Source of the DNA: Candidatus Melainabacteria bacterium 17Bon1m
Lineage (GTDB): Bacteria; Cyanobacteriota; Vampirovibrionia; Obscuribacterales; Obscuribacteraceae
DNA length: 64,000 nucleotides
Assembly (NCBI GenBank): GCA_032128875.1
Contig: JAVLKG010000003.1
Coordinates: forward strand, 481,008-545,007
Direction of reading: 5' to 3'
Under the pieces are notes generated by a model. That model ran no database searches, was not told the origin of the DNA, and saw only the letters and a list, made by a program, of their open reading frames with translations. Positions 48,671 to 58,997 of this stretch are shown piece by piece. How positions within the stretch are numbered: the stretch's first letter is position 1; every line of letters begins with the position of its first letter. Position numbers and translations under genes: made by a program.

Positions 48671-49142
48671 TTGTGGTTTGATTTTAGCCCATTTCGAGGT
48701 GGACTTGCTTCAACGTGACAATTCTTTGACGAAGGGCTTGGGCTGTCAATAGTCACGGGTTTATAAAACCGCATAAGCGTTCCTGCTTGCGCCTTCCCGT
48801 GGGGAACCTTATCCTTAAAGAAGCGTCTTTTTTCTAGTTCGACCAAGTTGGGCAAGCCTGCCAAAAGCGGCAGTTGAAGAGGGTTTTACTTGAGACGGTT
48901 GCAGAGAAGCTAGAGTGGCAATGGTTGAAAACCGGCAAAATATGCGGTTCTACCTCTGTCTCTAAACGGTAACACAACAAAAATTTTATCTTCGAAGCAA
49001 ATAAAATCAAGGATCTTGGGAATAATGGGGTTTAGAGACTTACCAGCCAATCGGCGATTCGCCTGAAGAGAGCTTGAGTTTCAAAAGTCAAAAAGAGACA
49101 GCCGGCAGCCAAAGCAGCAGCAAAGCAGCAAAAGAAGGAAAC

Positions 49143-49694
49143 ATGACCGAAAAAGGGGACAATTCCGAATTTCTGATGATTGAGATGTTCGTCGCAGGCA
49201 TCGCTCTTGATGCTCGCAGCGGACAGCCGATTGTTGTCCTCAATGACCAGACCAAAAGACGTGCATTGCCCATCTGGATAGGCATGGCGGAGGCCAGTGC
49301 TATAAGCCGGGCGCTTGATAACTACAAGCCAGAGCGTCCGATGACGCACGATCTTTTGCTCAACGTGATTACTTCGCTTGGCTACAAGGTAAAGCAGGTC
49401 GAGATTAACGAGCTTTCCTCCAATACCTATTTCGCTACTATCCAGCTGCAGCTCAACGAACCCGGCACTCCCGGCGCCGAGTCTATCGAAACAATCAAGC
49501 CTATTGATTCTCGCCCCTCAGATGCTATTGCCCTTGCGCTCAGAGCCAAGGCGCCGATCTTTGTATCAGCGCAGGTTGTTGCCGATGGCACGATTCCAGC
49601 CGACTTCGAGAAAGACGAAGCTGAGGCTCAGGAATTCAAGAAATTCATTGAGGGCTTGAAAGCTTCGGACTTCAAATTGTCGGGCGGCGAGTAG
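49143..49694 (+). CDS. Bifunctional nuclease family protein (DUF151)
   Basis: LPIWIG..EA.AI, RPMTHDLL and DSRPSDAIALA motifs. Confidence 0.92.
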   Translation: MTEKGDNSEFLMIEMFVAGIALDARSGQPIVVLNDQTKRRALPIWIGMAEASAISRALDNYKPERPMTHDLLLNVITSLGYKVKQVEINELSSNTYFATIQLQLNEPGTPGAESIETIKPIDSRPSDAIALALRAKAPIFVSAQVVADGTIPADFEKDEAEAQEFKKFIEGLKASDFKLSGGE

Positions 49695-49715
49695 GCCTGT
49701 TTAGTAAGAAAGCGC

Positions 49716-50060
49716 TTATTTCTTTTTCAAAGATTGCTTGAGCGCTGCATCGAGCGTAGCGATTTTCGCTTCGAGCATTTTGATCTTGTCGTTAGTAAGC
49801 TCTTCCTTGAGCTTCTCGTCTTGCTTTTGCCAGGTCACCTGAAGTTGTTCGCTCTTAGCTTCTTTCGCTGTGCTGAGAAGCGCAGGCAAGGTGCTCAAGC
49901 CGCCGCATACGAACATCAGAAGACCTGCTAAGCCAAAAGGAATCGCCATTTGACTGCCGAAGAGCTTGATTGTGACCGGGTCTAAATTCTGAGCGCCGAT
50001 TGCCAGGGCGATAGCAATAGAGAGTATGGAAACAGCTAGAAAGATTGGTTTTTTGTTCAT
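49716..50060 (-). CDS. LapA/DUF1049-like membrane protein
   Basis: TM-QN..PV.I.LFG-TM followed by a coiled coil. Confidence 0.6.
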   Translation of the reverse strand: MNKKPIFLAVSILSIAIALAIGAQNLDPVTIKLFGSQMAIPFGLAGLLMFVCGGLSTLPALLSTAKEAKSEQLQVTWQKQDEKLKEELTNDKIKMLEAKIATLDAALKQSLKKK

Positions 50061-50089
50061 GAGATTGGCTCTGGCTTCTATCGATGCGT

Positions 50090-51085
50090 CTACAGCTTAT
50101 CGATGAGAGCCTGCATGTCGCTAGGGACGGGAGCTTGAAATTCTAGCAGTTCACCGGTAATCGGATGGGTGAAAGCTAGTTGAGCTGCGTGCAATGCGTG
50201 TCCCGAAAGCCCCAATTTGTGCCGTGCAGGGAGCGTGCCGGTTGTTTTACGGTTGTATACGATATCTCCCACTACAGGAAAGCCGCTATATGAGGCGTGC
50301 ACGCGAATTTGATGTGTTCGTCCGGTTTCTAGCGTAAGTTTCAACAAAGAATACTTGGACGACCGCTTCAAGACTTGATAGTGAGTGACTGAAGGGCGGC
50401 CACTGTCTACGACCCACATTTCCTTGCGCTTGCTCGGATGCCTGCCGATTGGGAGGTTGATGGTACCTGTGTTTTGCTCAACTATCCCTTCGACAATTGC
50501 GTAATAAACTCGAAGTGCTTTTCTTTCCTTTATCTCCTTCTGCAGGTGGTGAAGCGCCTTTTCGCTCTTCGCTACCACCAACAAGCCCGACGTGTCTTTG
50601 TCGAGCCGGTGAACAATGCCCGGGCGGAGCGTTCCATTTATACCTTTTAGGCTAGATCCGATGCGATTCAAAAGAGCGTTCACTAGCGTGCCTGTGAACA
50701 CACCAGCTCCTGGATGCGTAATCATTCCGGCCTTCTTGTTTACGACTACTAGTTCGTCATCTTCGAAGATTATGTCGACCGGGATGTCTTCTGGCAGAAG
50801 TGCTAGTGGTTCTGGTGCGTCGATTACCACGGTAACTTCTTCGCCGCCTTTGAGTTTCTGCCCTGGCTTGAGTGACTTTCCGTTTACCAGCACTTTCTTT
50901 TCTTCGATCAATTGTTGAATGCGGCTGCGTGACAGCCCGGGCAATCTGGTCAAAAGGTAGTGATCTAATCGAGCCGGCAGCTCAATTTCGGACTCGTTTG
51001 TGTCCGCATCTTCCTCTTCAATGAAGCTGAGCCCTGGCTTGCCTACCTTGAAGGATATGGTATCGCTGGCGATATCGTTGTCCAC
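50090..51085 (-). CDS. rluD: 23S rRNA pseudouridine synthase (RluA/RluD family)
   Basis: S4 domain, VVNKKAG, GIVHRLDKDTSG and TGRTHQIRVH motifs. Confidence 0.92.
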   Translation of the reverse strand: MDNDIASDTISFKVGKPGLSFIEEEDADTNESEIELPARLDHYLLTRLPGLSRSRIQQLIEEKKVLVNGKSLKPGQKLKGGEEVTVVIDAPEPLALLPEDIPVDIIFEDDELVVVNKKAGMITHPGAGVFTGTLVNALLNRIGSSLKGINGTLRPGIVHRLDKDTSGLLVVAKSEKALHHLQKEIKERKALRVYYAIVEGIVEQNTGTINLPIGRHPSKRKEMWVVDSGRPSVTHYQVLKRSSKYSLLKLTLETGRTHQIRVHASYSGFPVVGDIVYNRKTTGTLPARHKLGLSGHALHAAQLAFTHPITGELLEFQAPVPSDMQALIDKL

Positions 51086-51098
51086 GCAATCGGCCTAC

Positions 51099-51689
51099 CT
51101 AGCTTTTTTCGGGAGTAGCAGCAGCGGCAGACTCCTTTTCTTGTTGTGCATTAGGCTTATCGGCTGGTGGGACGTCGTCTGTTTCTGGCTTGCCCAGGCG
51201 AGAGATGAGCACCAGTCCCAAACCTATATTTATGAATGTGTCTGCAACGTTGAAGACCGGAAAAGAAAAGAATGCAAATTCCAGAAAGTCAGTGACGTGG
51301 CCCTGAGTGAATCGGTCGGTCAGATTGCCCAGAGATCCCCCGATGATGCAGCTCAAGCCGATTAGCTCCAGTATTACAACGGACTGCCCTCTGGCAATAC
51401 GGGAGCCTAACCAGCAGCTCAGAGCCGCAGTCAAAACTACCGCAGTTACGGTCATAAAGCCGCCGTTGTTTGATCCCAGGCTGAAGGCTGCCCCAGTATT
51501 TGTCGTGAGGGTGAGCTTTAGAAAACCATCTATAAAAGGTTGGGAATTATGCAGTGTCAGGTTGCTGAGCGCCCAATCTTTACTCCATCGGTCCAGTGCA
51601 AAGGATGCGGCTATGGTAAATAGCGCTATCACGATTGAAACGGCGGCTGCCTTCTTTGCGCAAGCCTGACTGGTTTGCTCTTCTGTCAT
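51099..51689 (-). CDS. lspA: Lipoprotein signal peptidase II
   Basis: NTGAAFS, GNLTDR, VTDF and FNVAD motifs. Confidence 0.95.
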   Translation of the reverse strand: MTEEQTSQACAKKAAAVSIVIALFTIAASFALDRWSKDWALSNLTLHNSQPFIDGFLKLTLTTNTGAAFSLGSNNGGFMTVTAVVLTAALSCWLGSRIARGQSVVILELIGLSCIIGGSLGNLTDRFTQGHVTDFLEFAFFSFPVFNVADTFINIGLGLVLISRLGKPETDDVPPADKPNAQQEKESAAAATPEKS

Positions 51690-51725
51690 TACTAGAGTTT
51701 ATTCTCGAGGCTGCTCTTCAATCTA

Positions 51726-51758
51726 TCTATTCAGAATTCTATTCAGAAATCTATTCAG
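51726..51758. repeat. Three TCTATTCAG units at a 12-bp period repeating the stop-codon region
   Basis: Copies at 51726, 51738 and 51750. Confidence 0.85.
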
Positions 51759-52992
51759 GGTTTGTGCTGTCTTTTTTCTTCTTGCTCTTGGAGGGCTTTT
51801 CCTTCGACTTGGAGCTTGTTTCTTTGCTAGATTTGCTGACGCTGCTGGATTCTGATTTTGTTTCTGTCTTCTTGTTTTTTACTTCGTCGCTCGCGGGCTT
51901 CTCTGACTTGTCCGATTTATCTGATTTGTCTGACTTTTCGTCCTTTGCTGTTTCGTCTGCTTTGGATTTTGCGGAGTCAGATTCTGCGCTCGTTTTTTCC
52001 TTGCTTGAATCGCTTGTGGCTTCAGCTTTCTTTGCCGAGTCGTCGTCAGCTTTAGCAACCTCAGTCTTTTCGCTTGGGTCTTCTACTGTTTGCGGAATGA
52101 CGTTGAGACGTCTGGTGACGACAGTTATGCCCATCAAATGCGAGCGAGTGGCATTGGTGATGCCCACAGTCGCCATCAGCAATTCGTTGCGATTGCTTGT
52201 ATTGGCATACATCACGCGTTCGAGTGTTTCGCCGTCGATAATGCGCGGCTTGGCTTTGTCTTCATCACCTGCGGGTTGCGGGTATTTGAGCGGCTGGCTC
52301 ATGATGGACCCGATGGCGGTCAGCCCGACCGGAAGCGATATATCGACGCGTGCAGAATACTGGCGCCCCGATTTCACTTGCTCGGGAGCAGAGAAATTGG
52401 CGGTTAATTGGCGCGCCAGCCCATAGGAAACGCGCACCTTTTCATAGTCAATGCGATCGCCGATGATTTTCCAGACGCTGCCGTTTTTCTTCAGGTAAAC
52501 TTGCCCTTCCGAAACCGAGTTGAGTTCACCTTTTGTGCCGGTGTCAAGGTTTTCTTTGTCTGTAGTGCCGGTGGCTACATCTCTCGATTCTATGGTAGAG
52601 AAGTTGCCGTCGATGCGAACTTGTTTGATCTTCGAGTTTGACTTCGAGTCGGGATACTGTGACCAGAATTTCTTGGTTATAGAAGCAACAGCCTTCTTGT
52701 CCAGTCCGTCGTTATTGATGTAATCATCGGAATAGTGACTCATCACGCCGTCCAGGTCATGCGCGTTCCACTGCGTTTCTAAATTTGCCAGCAGCGATTC
52801 AATATCTTTGCGCTCTTTCTCGTTTTTCTTATTGTCCGGCTCGAGAACTGATTCGCCGCTTGCAGCTGTCGTAGCGGCAGGGGATGTTTCGATTGCCAAT
52901 GCGCTCGTATTGATACCCGCACTTGCGCAAAGTGCGAGTGATACCATCAGTGGTGTTAGTAAGTTTTTTCTTGCTGCTGTTTTCTTTGTCAT
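51751..52992 (-). CDS. Exported NTF2/SnoaL-like domain protein with a charged low-complexity tail
   Basis: Signal peptide; WNAHDLDGVMSHYSDDY..DGL NTF2-like pattern; K/S/E/D-rich C-terminus. Confidence 0.75.
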   Translation of the reverse strand: MTKKTAARKNLLTPLMVSLALCASAGINTSALAIETSPAATTAASGESVLEPDNKKNEKERKDIESLLANLETQWNAHDLDGVMSHYSDDYINNDGLDKKAVASITKKFWSQYPDSKSNSKIKQVRIDGNFSTIESRDVATGTTDKENLDTGTKGELNSVSEGQVYLKKNGSVWKIIGDRIDYEKVRVSYGLARQLTANFSAPEQVKSGRQYSARVDISLPVGLTAIGSIMSQPLKYPQPAGDEDKAKPRIIDGETLERVMYANTSNRNELLMATVGITNATRSHLMGITVVTRRLNVIPQTVEDPSEKTEVAKADDDSAKKAEATSDSSKEKTSAESDSAKSKADETAKDEKSDKSDKSDKSEKPASDEVKNKKTETKSESSSVSKSSKETSSKSKEKPSKSKKKKDSTNPE

Positions 52993-53072
52993 TTTTGTCT
53001 TTGCCTTGCGGCATGCTCCGGGCTGTTCGACTAGATTATAACAATTGGGCATAAAACCTGTCGGGAAAAGCG

Positions 53073-53098
53073 CAGGGGAGCCGCAAGCGACTCCCCTG
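53073..53098 (-). terminator. Hairpin downstream of mdh
   Basis: CAGGGGAG ... CTCCCCTG stem with a T-tract nearby on the minus strand. Confidence 0.6.
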
Positions 53099-53135
53099 AC
53101 TGGGCGGCTAAGCCGTCCTGCAGTTCTTAATGAGC

Positions 53136-54092
53136 TTAAACGGCAGCCGCGAGAAGCTCGTTCATCAAGTTGATGTTTTCCTTGATGGAATCTGCCGATT
53201 TCTTGAGCATTGCCGATTCTTCGTCGGTGAGCTTGAGTTCAACGATTTTGTCGAGACCCTTGCGGTTGAGAACAGCCGGCAGACCGATGTAAACGTCTTT
53301 GCTGAGACCGAATTCGCCCTTGGTTGGGAGTACTGCGCAAGGCAAGAGGCGGTTCTTGTCGAGAAGAATCGCTTCGACCATTTGCGAAACGGAGGAGCCT
53401 GGCGCGTAGTAGGCGCTGCCGGTGCCAAGCAGTTTGACGATTTCGGCGCCGCCGTCGCGGGTGCGGGCGCTCAATGCTTCAATGCGCTCTTTGGAAATCA
53501 GTTCGGTAATCGGAATGCCGTTGACCGAGGAGTAGCGCGGGAGCGGAACCATCAAATCGCCATGTCCGCCGAGCACCATGGCTCTCACGTCCTGGCAGCT
53601 GACATTCAATTCCATACCGATGAATGTTTGGAATCTGGCGCTGTCAAGAACGCCTGCCATACCAATAACGCGAGTGGAGTCGAGCTTGGTGGTTTCTCTA
53701 ACAAGGTAGGTCATAACATCGAGCGGGTTGGTTACGACGATGAAGATGGCGTTTGGAGATTGCTTGACAGCTTTCTCGGCAACTTCTTTGACGATCTTGG
53801 CGTTTGTGCGCAAGAGATCTTCGCGTGTCATACCGGGCTTACGGGCGATGCCGGCGGTGATGACAACGATGTCGGAGTCCTTGGAATGTGCGTAGTCTGA
53901 GGTTCCGATCAAACTGCGAGAGTGCCAGCCGCTAACGGGGGCTGCTTGCATCAAATCGAGAGCTTTGCCCTGTGCTACTCCCTCGAGATTCGGGATATCG
54001 ATCAAAACTACATCGGCCAGGTCTTTTTCGGCGACGTATTGGGCTACTGTACTGCCGACGAATCCGGCTCCGACAACTGTTACTTTGCTCAC
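53136..54092 (-). CDS. mdh: Malate dehydrogenase (LDH-like)
   Basis: GAGFVG, TAGIARKPGMTREDL, TNPLD, LDSAR, GGHGD and GSAYYAP motifs. Confidence 0.95.
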   Translation of the reverse strand: MSKVTVVGAGFVGSTVAQYVAEKDLADVVLIDIPNLEGVAQGKALDLMQAAPVSGWHSRSLIGTSDYAHSKDSDIVVITAGIARKPGMTREDLLRTNAKIVKEVAEKAVKQSPNAIFIVVTNPLDVMTYLVRETTKLDSTRVIGMAGVLDSARFQTFIGMELNVSCQDVRAMVLGGHGDLMVPLPRYSSVNGIPITELISKERIEALSARTRDGGAEIVKLLGTGSAYYAPGSSVSQMVEAILLDKNRLLPCAVLPTKGEFGLSKDVYIGLPAVLNRKGLDKIVELKLTDEESAMLKKSADSIKENINLMNELLAAAV

Positions 54093-54326
54093 GACTGAAA
54101 CCTCCAACCTGTCAAAACTGGCTGCCAGATTAGCATGAGGTCCATATAGACCCGTCGGAGCTTAAGCAAAGGTTTTGATTAGGTTTAAGACAAGGATCCA
54201 ATGGGGTGGGAACACCCTCATCCTCTTGTCGTCATTTTTTGACATCAGGGCAGTTACAAAAGGTGGAGGACCTTGGCTTTCGGGTAAACCCACTTTCAAA
54301 TAAGGTGCCTCGGAGTTATTCTAGGT

Positions 54327-55085
54327 ATGCAGCTTATTAGTAAAGAGCAGTCTATGACCGCCAACAGCACAAAAATGCAGCTTTTGAGTTCTCGTCGGCA
54401 CATTGGGAGGGTTTTCTCATCTGGCTCCTTGATGGGTGCTGGTATTGTCAGAAAGGTGCTGCCAGCTGCCGCCGTAGCCTGCCTTTTCGTTCCGCCAACC
54501 TTTTTTGAGCCGGCTTTAGCTGATGACGAGATTCTGCTCAAGCCCGATGTACCTAAAATGGATACCCCAGTCGACGCGCCGGCCAAGACGCTTAAGGGCA
54601 CTGTCCAGCATAGCCACAAGCAAGCAGATCAGCAGCGTAAGCCCGTTTCGGCGGGGGTAACTCAGTCCCGTTCTAACCTCGGCGCTGCTGGAACAGGCAA
54701 GATGGCTCCTCCTCGTCGTGCGCAAGCAAAGGCGCAGACCGGAATTAATATGCTGAATACCGGGACCCTTTCGGGGATTGGCATCATCGGCGTTAAATTC
54801 GAGATGATCATCGGGCGCCCGCCCACGATAAAGATCGTATTTTCAGGGACTCCGGCCTCGGACGAAGGTATTAGACCCAACGATGTCATTGTTGCCGTCG
54901 ATGGTGTTCCTACATATGGACTCACCAAAGAAGAGGTTTACGACCTGATTGTCGGCACGCCGCATACGCCGGTCACCTTGTCTTTGCAGAGGGGCGGAGA
55001 CTTTTCAGTCAAGCGGCTCACGCGCATGGACTTTAATGAAATCCCCGATCCGCAAGTCAAAGCCGACTACTTGAAGAGCTTGTAG
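54327..55085 (+). CDS. Exported PDZ domain protein
   Basis: GIIGV, GTPAS..GIRPNDVIVAVDG and GTP.TPVTL motifs; start uncertain. Confidence 0.8.
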   Translation: MQLISKEQSMTANSTKMQLLSSRRHIGRVFSSGSLMGAGIVRKVLPAAAVACLFVPPTFFEPALADDEILLKPDVPKMDTPVDAPAKTLKGTVQHSHKQADQQRKPVSAGVTQSRSNLGAAGTGKMAPPRRAQAKAQTGINMLNTGTLSGIGIIGVKFEMIIGRPPTIKIVFSGTPASDEGIRPNDVIVAVDGVPTYGLTKEEVYDLIVGTPHTPVTLSLQRGGDFSVKRLTRMDFNEIPDPQVKADYLKSL

Positions 55086-55137
55086 CCAATCGGGCTTTTA
55101 AGGGTGTCGAGACTTAGAATCTGGTAAACTTTTGGGC

Positions 55138-56010
55138 ATGCGACTTTGTTTTGATGCCACCAGATTTGGTTGCGGTTTGGACGGCGCGGTTGAGCTTGCC
55201 GCCGAGCGCGGATTGACGGCTGTCGAGTATTCATTCCAGCCCTTTGACGTCACGCAGAAGGCTCCTTCTCTCGACAAAACAGAGAAGGCTTATCTGGCGG
55301 AGGTCAAGAAGGCTTGCCGCGAAACAGGCGTGGAGATTAGTTGCCTTAATCTGGATTACGCAGTCGATCCCGAAGACAAGAAAGCCGTCAAGAAGTTTTT
55401 GCAGATGGTAGCTAAGCTGGCTCTTGTAGCCGACGCGGCCGGCTGCCATCGCATTTCTGTTTCTGTAAACGTTGGTGCGAACGGTTCTTGGCGCGAGTCT
55501 GTGGTGGAGTTGCTTGCCGAAGCACAAAAAATCGCCGCCAAAAAGAATTTGCGTTTGACGCTCAGATTGTCTACACCACAGGAATTTCGCGGGCAGTCCT
55601 TGAAAGGCTGGCGGGCAATGGAGCCCCAAGACTGGCGCGACATCCTTTCATCGTGCCCTGATTTGAGCCTTAGTTTTTCGCCTGCCGACTGCGTTTGGCT
55701 TGGTATCGACTATTTGAAAATACTTTCCGGTCTTGTTGCTGCGATAGATCATGTGGAAGCGCACGACATAGAAATCAACCGCACACTTTTGAATGACAGT
55801 GGAATGTACGGTCCTCTTTGGTGGCGCTATCGCATGCCGGGCAAAGGGCAGGTAGACTGGAGTCAGTTGATTGAATTGTTGAAGCTGTACGATTTCTCCG
55901 GCACAGTCTCCATTCATCTGGACGACGAGTTTATCGGAGAAGAAGCAGAAGACCTTGGAGATGCGCTGACCCGCAGCGTGAAAGTACTCGCCCCACTAGT
56001 TAAAGATTGA
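55138..56010 (+). CDS. Sugar phosphate isomerase/epimerase (xylose isomerase-like TIM barrel)
   Basis: G..AVE, H.EAHD and YRMPGKGQVDW motifs. Confidence 0.75.
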   Translation: MRLCFDATRFGCGLDGAVELAAERGLTAVEYSFQPFDVTQKAPSLDKTEKAYLAEVKKACRETGVEISCLNLDYAVDPEDKKAVKKFLQMVAKLALVADAAGCHRISVSVNVGANGSWRESVVELLAEAQKIAAKKNLRLTLRLSTPQEFRGQSLKGWRAMEPQDWRDILSSCPDLSLSFSPADCVWLGIDYLKILSGLVAAIDHVEAHDIEINRTLLNDSGMYGPLWWRYRMPGKGQVDWSQLIELLKLYDFSGTVSIHLDDEFIGEEAEDLGDALTRSVKVLAPLVKD

Positions 56011-56016
56011 GGTTAA

Positions 56017-58923
56017 GTGCAGATGGCTCAGACGGACAAAGAGCTGAATTTCTATCTGCACACTCACTGGGACAGAGAGTGGTATTTGCCATTTGAGACT
56101 TTTAGAACGCAGCTAGTCACTGTTGTCCGCAGAGTTCTCGACTTGATAGAATCCGGGGCCATTCCCAACTTTCTTTTAGATGGTCAATCTCTTGCGCTTG
56201 AAGATGCCGCCGAAATTGATCCAACCTTGAAGGCACGCCTGGCCAAACAAATGGAGGGCGGCAAGCTTGGCGCCGGTCCCTGGATGGTTTTGGCAGATCA
56301 AATGCTGGTAGGCGGCGAAAGTTTGATACGCAATCTCAAGATCGGCATGAGTGCTTGCAAGCAATTCGGACCGCCAGTGCCTGTCGGTTATTGTCCGGAC
56401 ACCTTCGGGCACTCTCAGGATTTGCCGCGCATTCTGAATGGTTTTGGAATTAAAAACGCCTTTGTCTGGCGCGGTGTTCCGGGCGGATTGAACAATACTG
56501 TGTTCGAGTGGCAGAGCCCCGATGGCAGTCATGTTAATGCTTACCATCTGTGTTTTGGTTACTACCAAACGATGTTTCATGGTGAGGTTGATATCGCTAA
56601 GCTGGCTGAGAGGCTGGAGCTTTGGGCAAACCTTGAAGGTCCAAAACTAGTGCCGGTTGGAGGCGACCACCTCTTGCCCCCGGCTGGTTTTTCGAAAGCT
56701 ATAAAAGATGTTGAAAAGCAACTGACTACGCGTGGTATTAAGTTGAATTTCCTGACACCGCCTCTTTCCGAGTTTGCTGCGTCCATCGAAAAATTTGCTG
56801 ACTTGCCGAAAGTAAAGGGCGAGTTGAGAGACAATGCATTCGCCTCTCAGTTCGAGCGCGCATACATGCTTCAAGGTGTGCTGTCGTCCCGGCTGTATCT
56901 GAAGCGCGCCAATCGCATTCAAGAGCATCGCCTGGCAAGTATTATTGAACCTCTGCTCACTTTGATTTCTCTTCGTGGTTCTCTGCCCTACCCAAATTGG
57001 GAGCTAGAACACGCATGGAAGCTGCTCATCGCCAATCATCCGCATGACAGTATCTGTGGCTGCAGCGTCGATCAGGTGCATGATGAAATGGTTATTCGCA
57101 CCAACCGCTTTCACCAAGCTCTGGATGCCGTTGAGAAGAAAGCAGCGCAGGCTGTCTACAAAGGTGTCGGGAAAAACGAAATTGCGCGTTTTTCTCGTGC
57201 ACTAAATATGGTGGCGGACCCGAAATTGTCTCCCACTCGCTTGCTTGCTTACAATTTGAGCCAAGATGAAGTTTCGGCGCCTGTGCGCTTTCAATGGGCT
57301 GAGGAAGTGTTGTCGCCGGAGACAGAGAAGGCGGAAGCCGCTTCAGCCAGTATGCAAATCAGATCTTCGCCAGCGCTGGCTGTTGCTGGATTGACTGCTG
57401 CGAAAGACTCCGGACCGCTGATGCTGGGGAAGAATTCCGTGGCGCTTTCGGAAACTCTTCAGATTGTCTCGATGAGAGAGGAGTCACAAGTGTTCACGGC
57501 GGTGGGTGAAGAGCCCGTCGAGAAGCGCATTAAACTGTACGATGGATGGGTTTGGATCGATAAGCTTCCGCCCTTTTCTATGCAAACATCTGACTGGGGT
57601 GCCATCGGCGATGGTGGCAATGGTAAATCAGGTAAATCGAGTGCGGCGCCGGTAATTTTGGAGCCGCGTGGTGTTAGTAATGGCTTGCTGCGGCTTGAAA
57701 TCACTGATGCCGGCAGCCTTGTCGTGGAAGCGACCCCACCAACCGGAAGTCCCATCAGGTATGAGCTTGGACATTCATTTAGAGACGTAGCTGATGCCGG
57801 TGACACTTACAATCACGATCCGATTGTTGCCGATGTGCCGGTAATTTCTCGTGTCTTAACTGTCTCGCAAAGACAGCGTGGTCCGCTCGTCGGCTCGCTT
57901 TCCGTCACCTATGAGCTGGAGATTCCGCTTCGCGTAATTGAGATGGAAAGTGAGGATGCAATTCCATTTGAGAAACCGGGTGTGCCCGAACGTGCGGTCA
58001 AGTATGTTCGTTCTGTTGAATTGATTAAGCATGAAGTCACGACAGAGATTTTGCTGAAGAAGGGCATTCCGATTGTATTCTTCGAAACGAAGTGGAATAA
58101 CCGTGCTGAAGATCACCGCTTGGAGGTGGTTTTCTCTACATCGAAAAAAGTGGAAAAAACTCTCTCTGAAAATCACTTTAGTGTGGTGAAGCGCAAGCAT
58201 ACAGGCTCTCCCGAAGCACTGCCTGTTGCTGCAGGTCATGAAGCTGCTCTAGACAGATTCCCTTGCCAGCGTTTCTTCCTGGCTGAGAAACAGGCATTTT
58301 TCAATCAAGGGCTGCCAGAGTATGGCACGCATGATAAGAGCGTTTCTATAACTGTGTTGCGCGCCGTCTCCAAACTTTCACGACCACGCTTGCGCACTCG
58401 TGGGGGAGGTGCTGGCCCTTCTCTTGCCACTCCTGGCGCGAATTCCCTGGGCGAAAACATAGTCAATTATGGCTGGGCGCCGCTGGGTGTGTTTAGCGAA
58501 ACAAAAGCTACGGACCACGATCAGCTCTCGGAAGCATACGCGCTCGCCGATCAATATGAAGGTATGACCTGGTTACTCTTGACCGGCAGCGACTCAGAAA
58601 ATGCAGTCGTTGGCGAATCTAAGGACTCTAGAGATTCTACAGAAGCCACGAGCCCGTTTCTGCGACTGGACAACAACGCAGTGCGCGTTCGCTCGATGCA
58701 CATGGATCAATCAGGAAAATCCGTTTTCGTACGCTTGCTGAACGTCACCAATGAACCTCAGGCGCTTAACTGTTCTGTCGCTGCTTCGGTTAAGGCTGGA
58801 AGCCTCACCAGGCTGGACGGAATGGACATTTTAAAGATGGAATTTATTGATAAATCGGAGCGAAAGGAAGCGCAAATCACGCTCTCTCAGAATGAATTGA
58901 CCACTCTGAAGCTAGATCTTTAG
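56017..58923 (+). CDS. Glycoside hydrolase family 38 (alpha-mannosidase-like)
   Basis: HTHWDREWY, LDGQ, GYCPDTFGH, GGDH and HPHDSICGCSVDQVH motifs. Confidence 0.92.
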   Translation: MQMAQTDKELNFYLHTHWDREWYLPFETFRTQLVTVVRRVLDLIESGAIPNFLLDGQSLALEDAAEIDPTLKARLAKQMEGGKLGAGPWMVLADQMLVGGESLIRNLKIGMSACKQFGPPVPVGYCPDTFGHSQDLPRILNGFGIKNAFVWRGVPGGLNNTVFEWQSPDGSHVNAYHLCFGYYQTMFHGEVDIAKLAERLELWANLEGPKLVPVGGDHLLPPAGFSKAIKDVEKQLTTRGIKLNFLTPPLSEFAASIEKFADLPKVKGELRDNAFASQFERAYMLQGVLSSRLYLKRANRIQEHRLASIIEPLLTLISLRGSLPYPNWELEHAWKLLIANHPHDSICGCSVDQVHDEMVIRTNRFHQALDAVEKKAAQAVYKGVGKNEIARFSRALNMVADPKLSPTRLLAYNLSQDEVSAPVRFQWAEEVLSPETEKAEAASASMQIRSSPALAVAGLTAAKDSGPLMLGKNSVALSETLQIVSMREESQVFTAVGEEPVEKRIKLYDGWVWIDKLPPFSMQTSDWGAIGDGGNGKSGKSSAAPVILEPRGVSNGLLRLEITDAGSLVVEATPPTGSPIRYELGHSFRDVADAGDTYNHDPIVADVPVISRVLTVSQRQRGPLVGSLSVTYELEIPLRVIEMESEDAIPFEKPGVPERAVKYVRSVELIKHEVTTEILLKKGIPIVFFETKWNNRAEDHRLEVVFSTSKKVEKTLSENHFSVVKRKHTGSPEALPVAAGHEAALDRFPCQRFFLAEKQAFFNQGLPEYGTHDKSVSITVLRAVSKLSRPRLRTRGGGAGPSLATPGANSLGENIVNYGWAPLGVFSETKATDHDQLSEAYALADQYEGMTWLLLTGSDSENAVVGESKDSRDSTEATSPFLRLDNNAVRVRSMHMDQSGKSVFVRLLNVTNEPQALNCSVAASVKAGSLTRLDGMDILKMEFIDKSERKEAQITLSQNELTTLKLDL

Positions 58924-58997
58924 CTTTTCGTGGAACAACAAGCTGGAATGGCTTCCGGTAGAATGACCGGAAGAGGCTTGAGAGCAATCGAGGAATT

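Noticed and set aside
48890-48965. Possible riboswitch or ncRNA (GAGAC...GTCTC with a GGTT-GAAA-ACC hairpin)
   Set aside because: The pairing needs many bulges and does not match c-di-GMP-I or other consensus motifs I know
54190-54296. Hairpins in the mdh/PDZ divergent region as a candidate ncRNA
   Set aside because: The stems are short and imperfect, match no recognisable family and are compatible with chance
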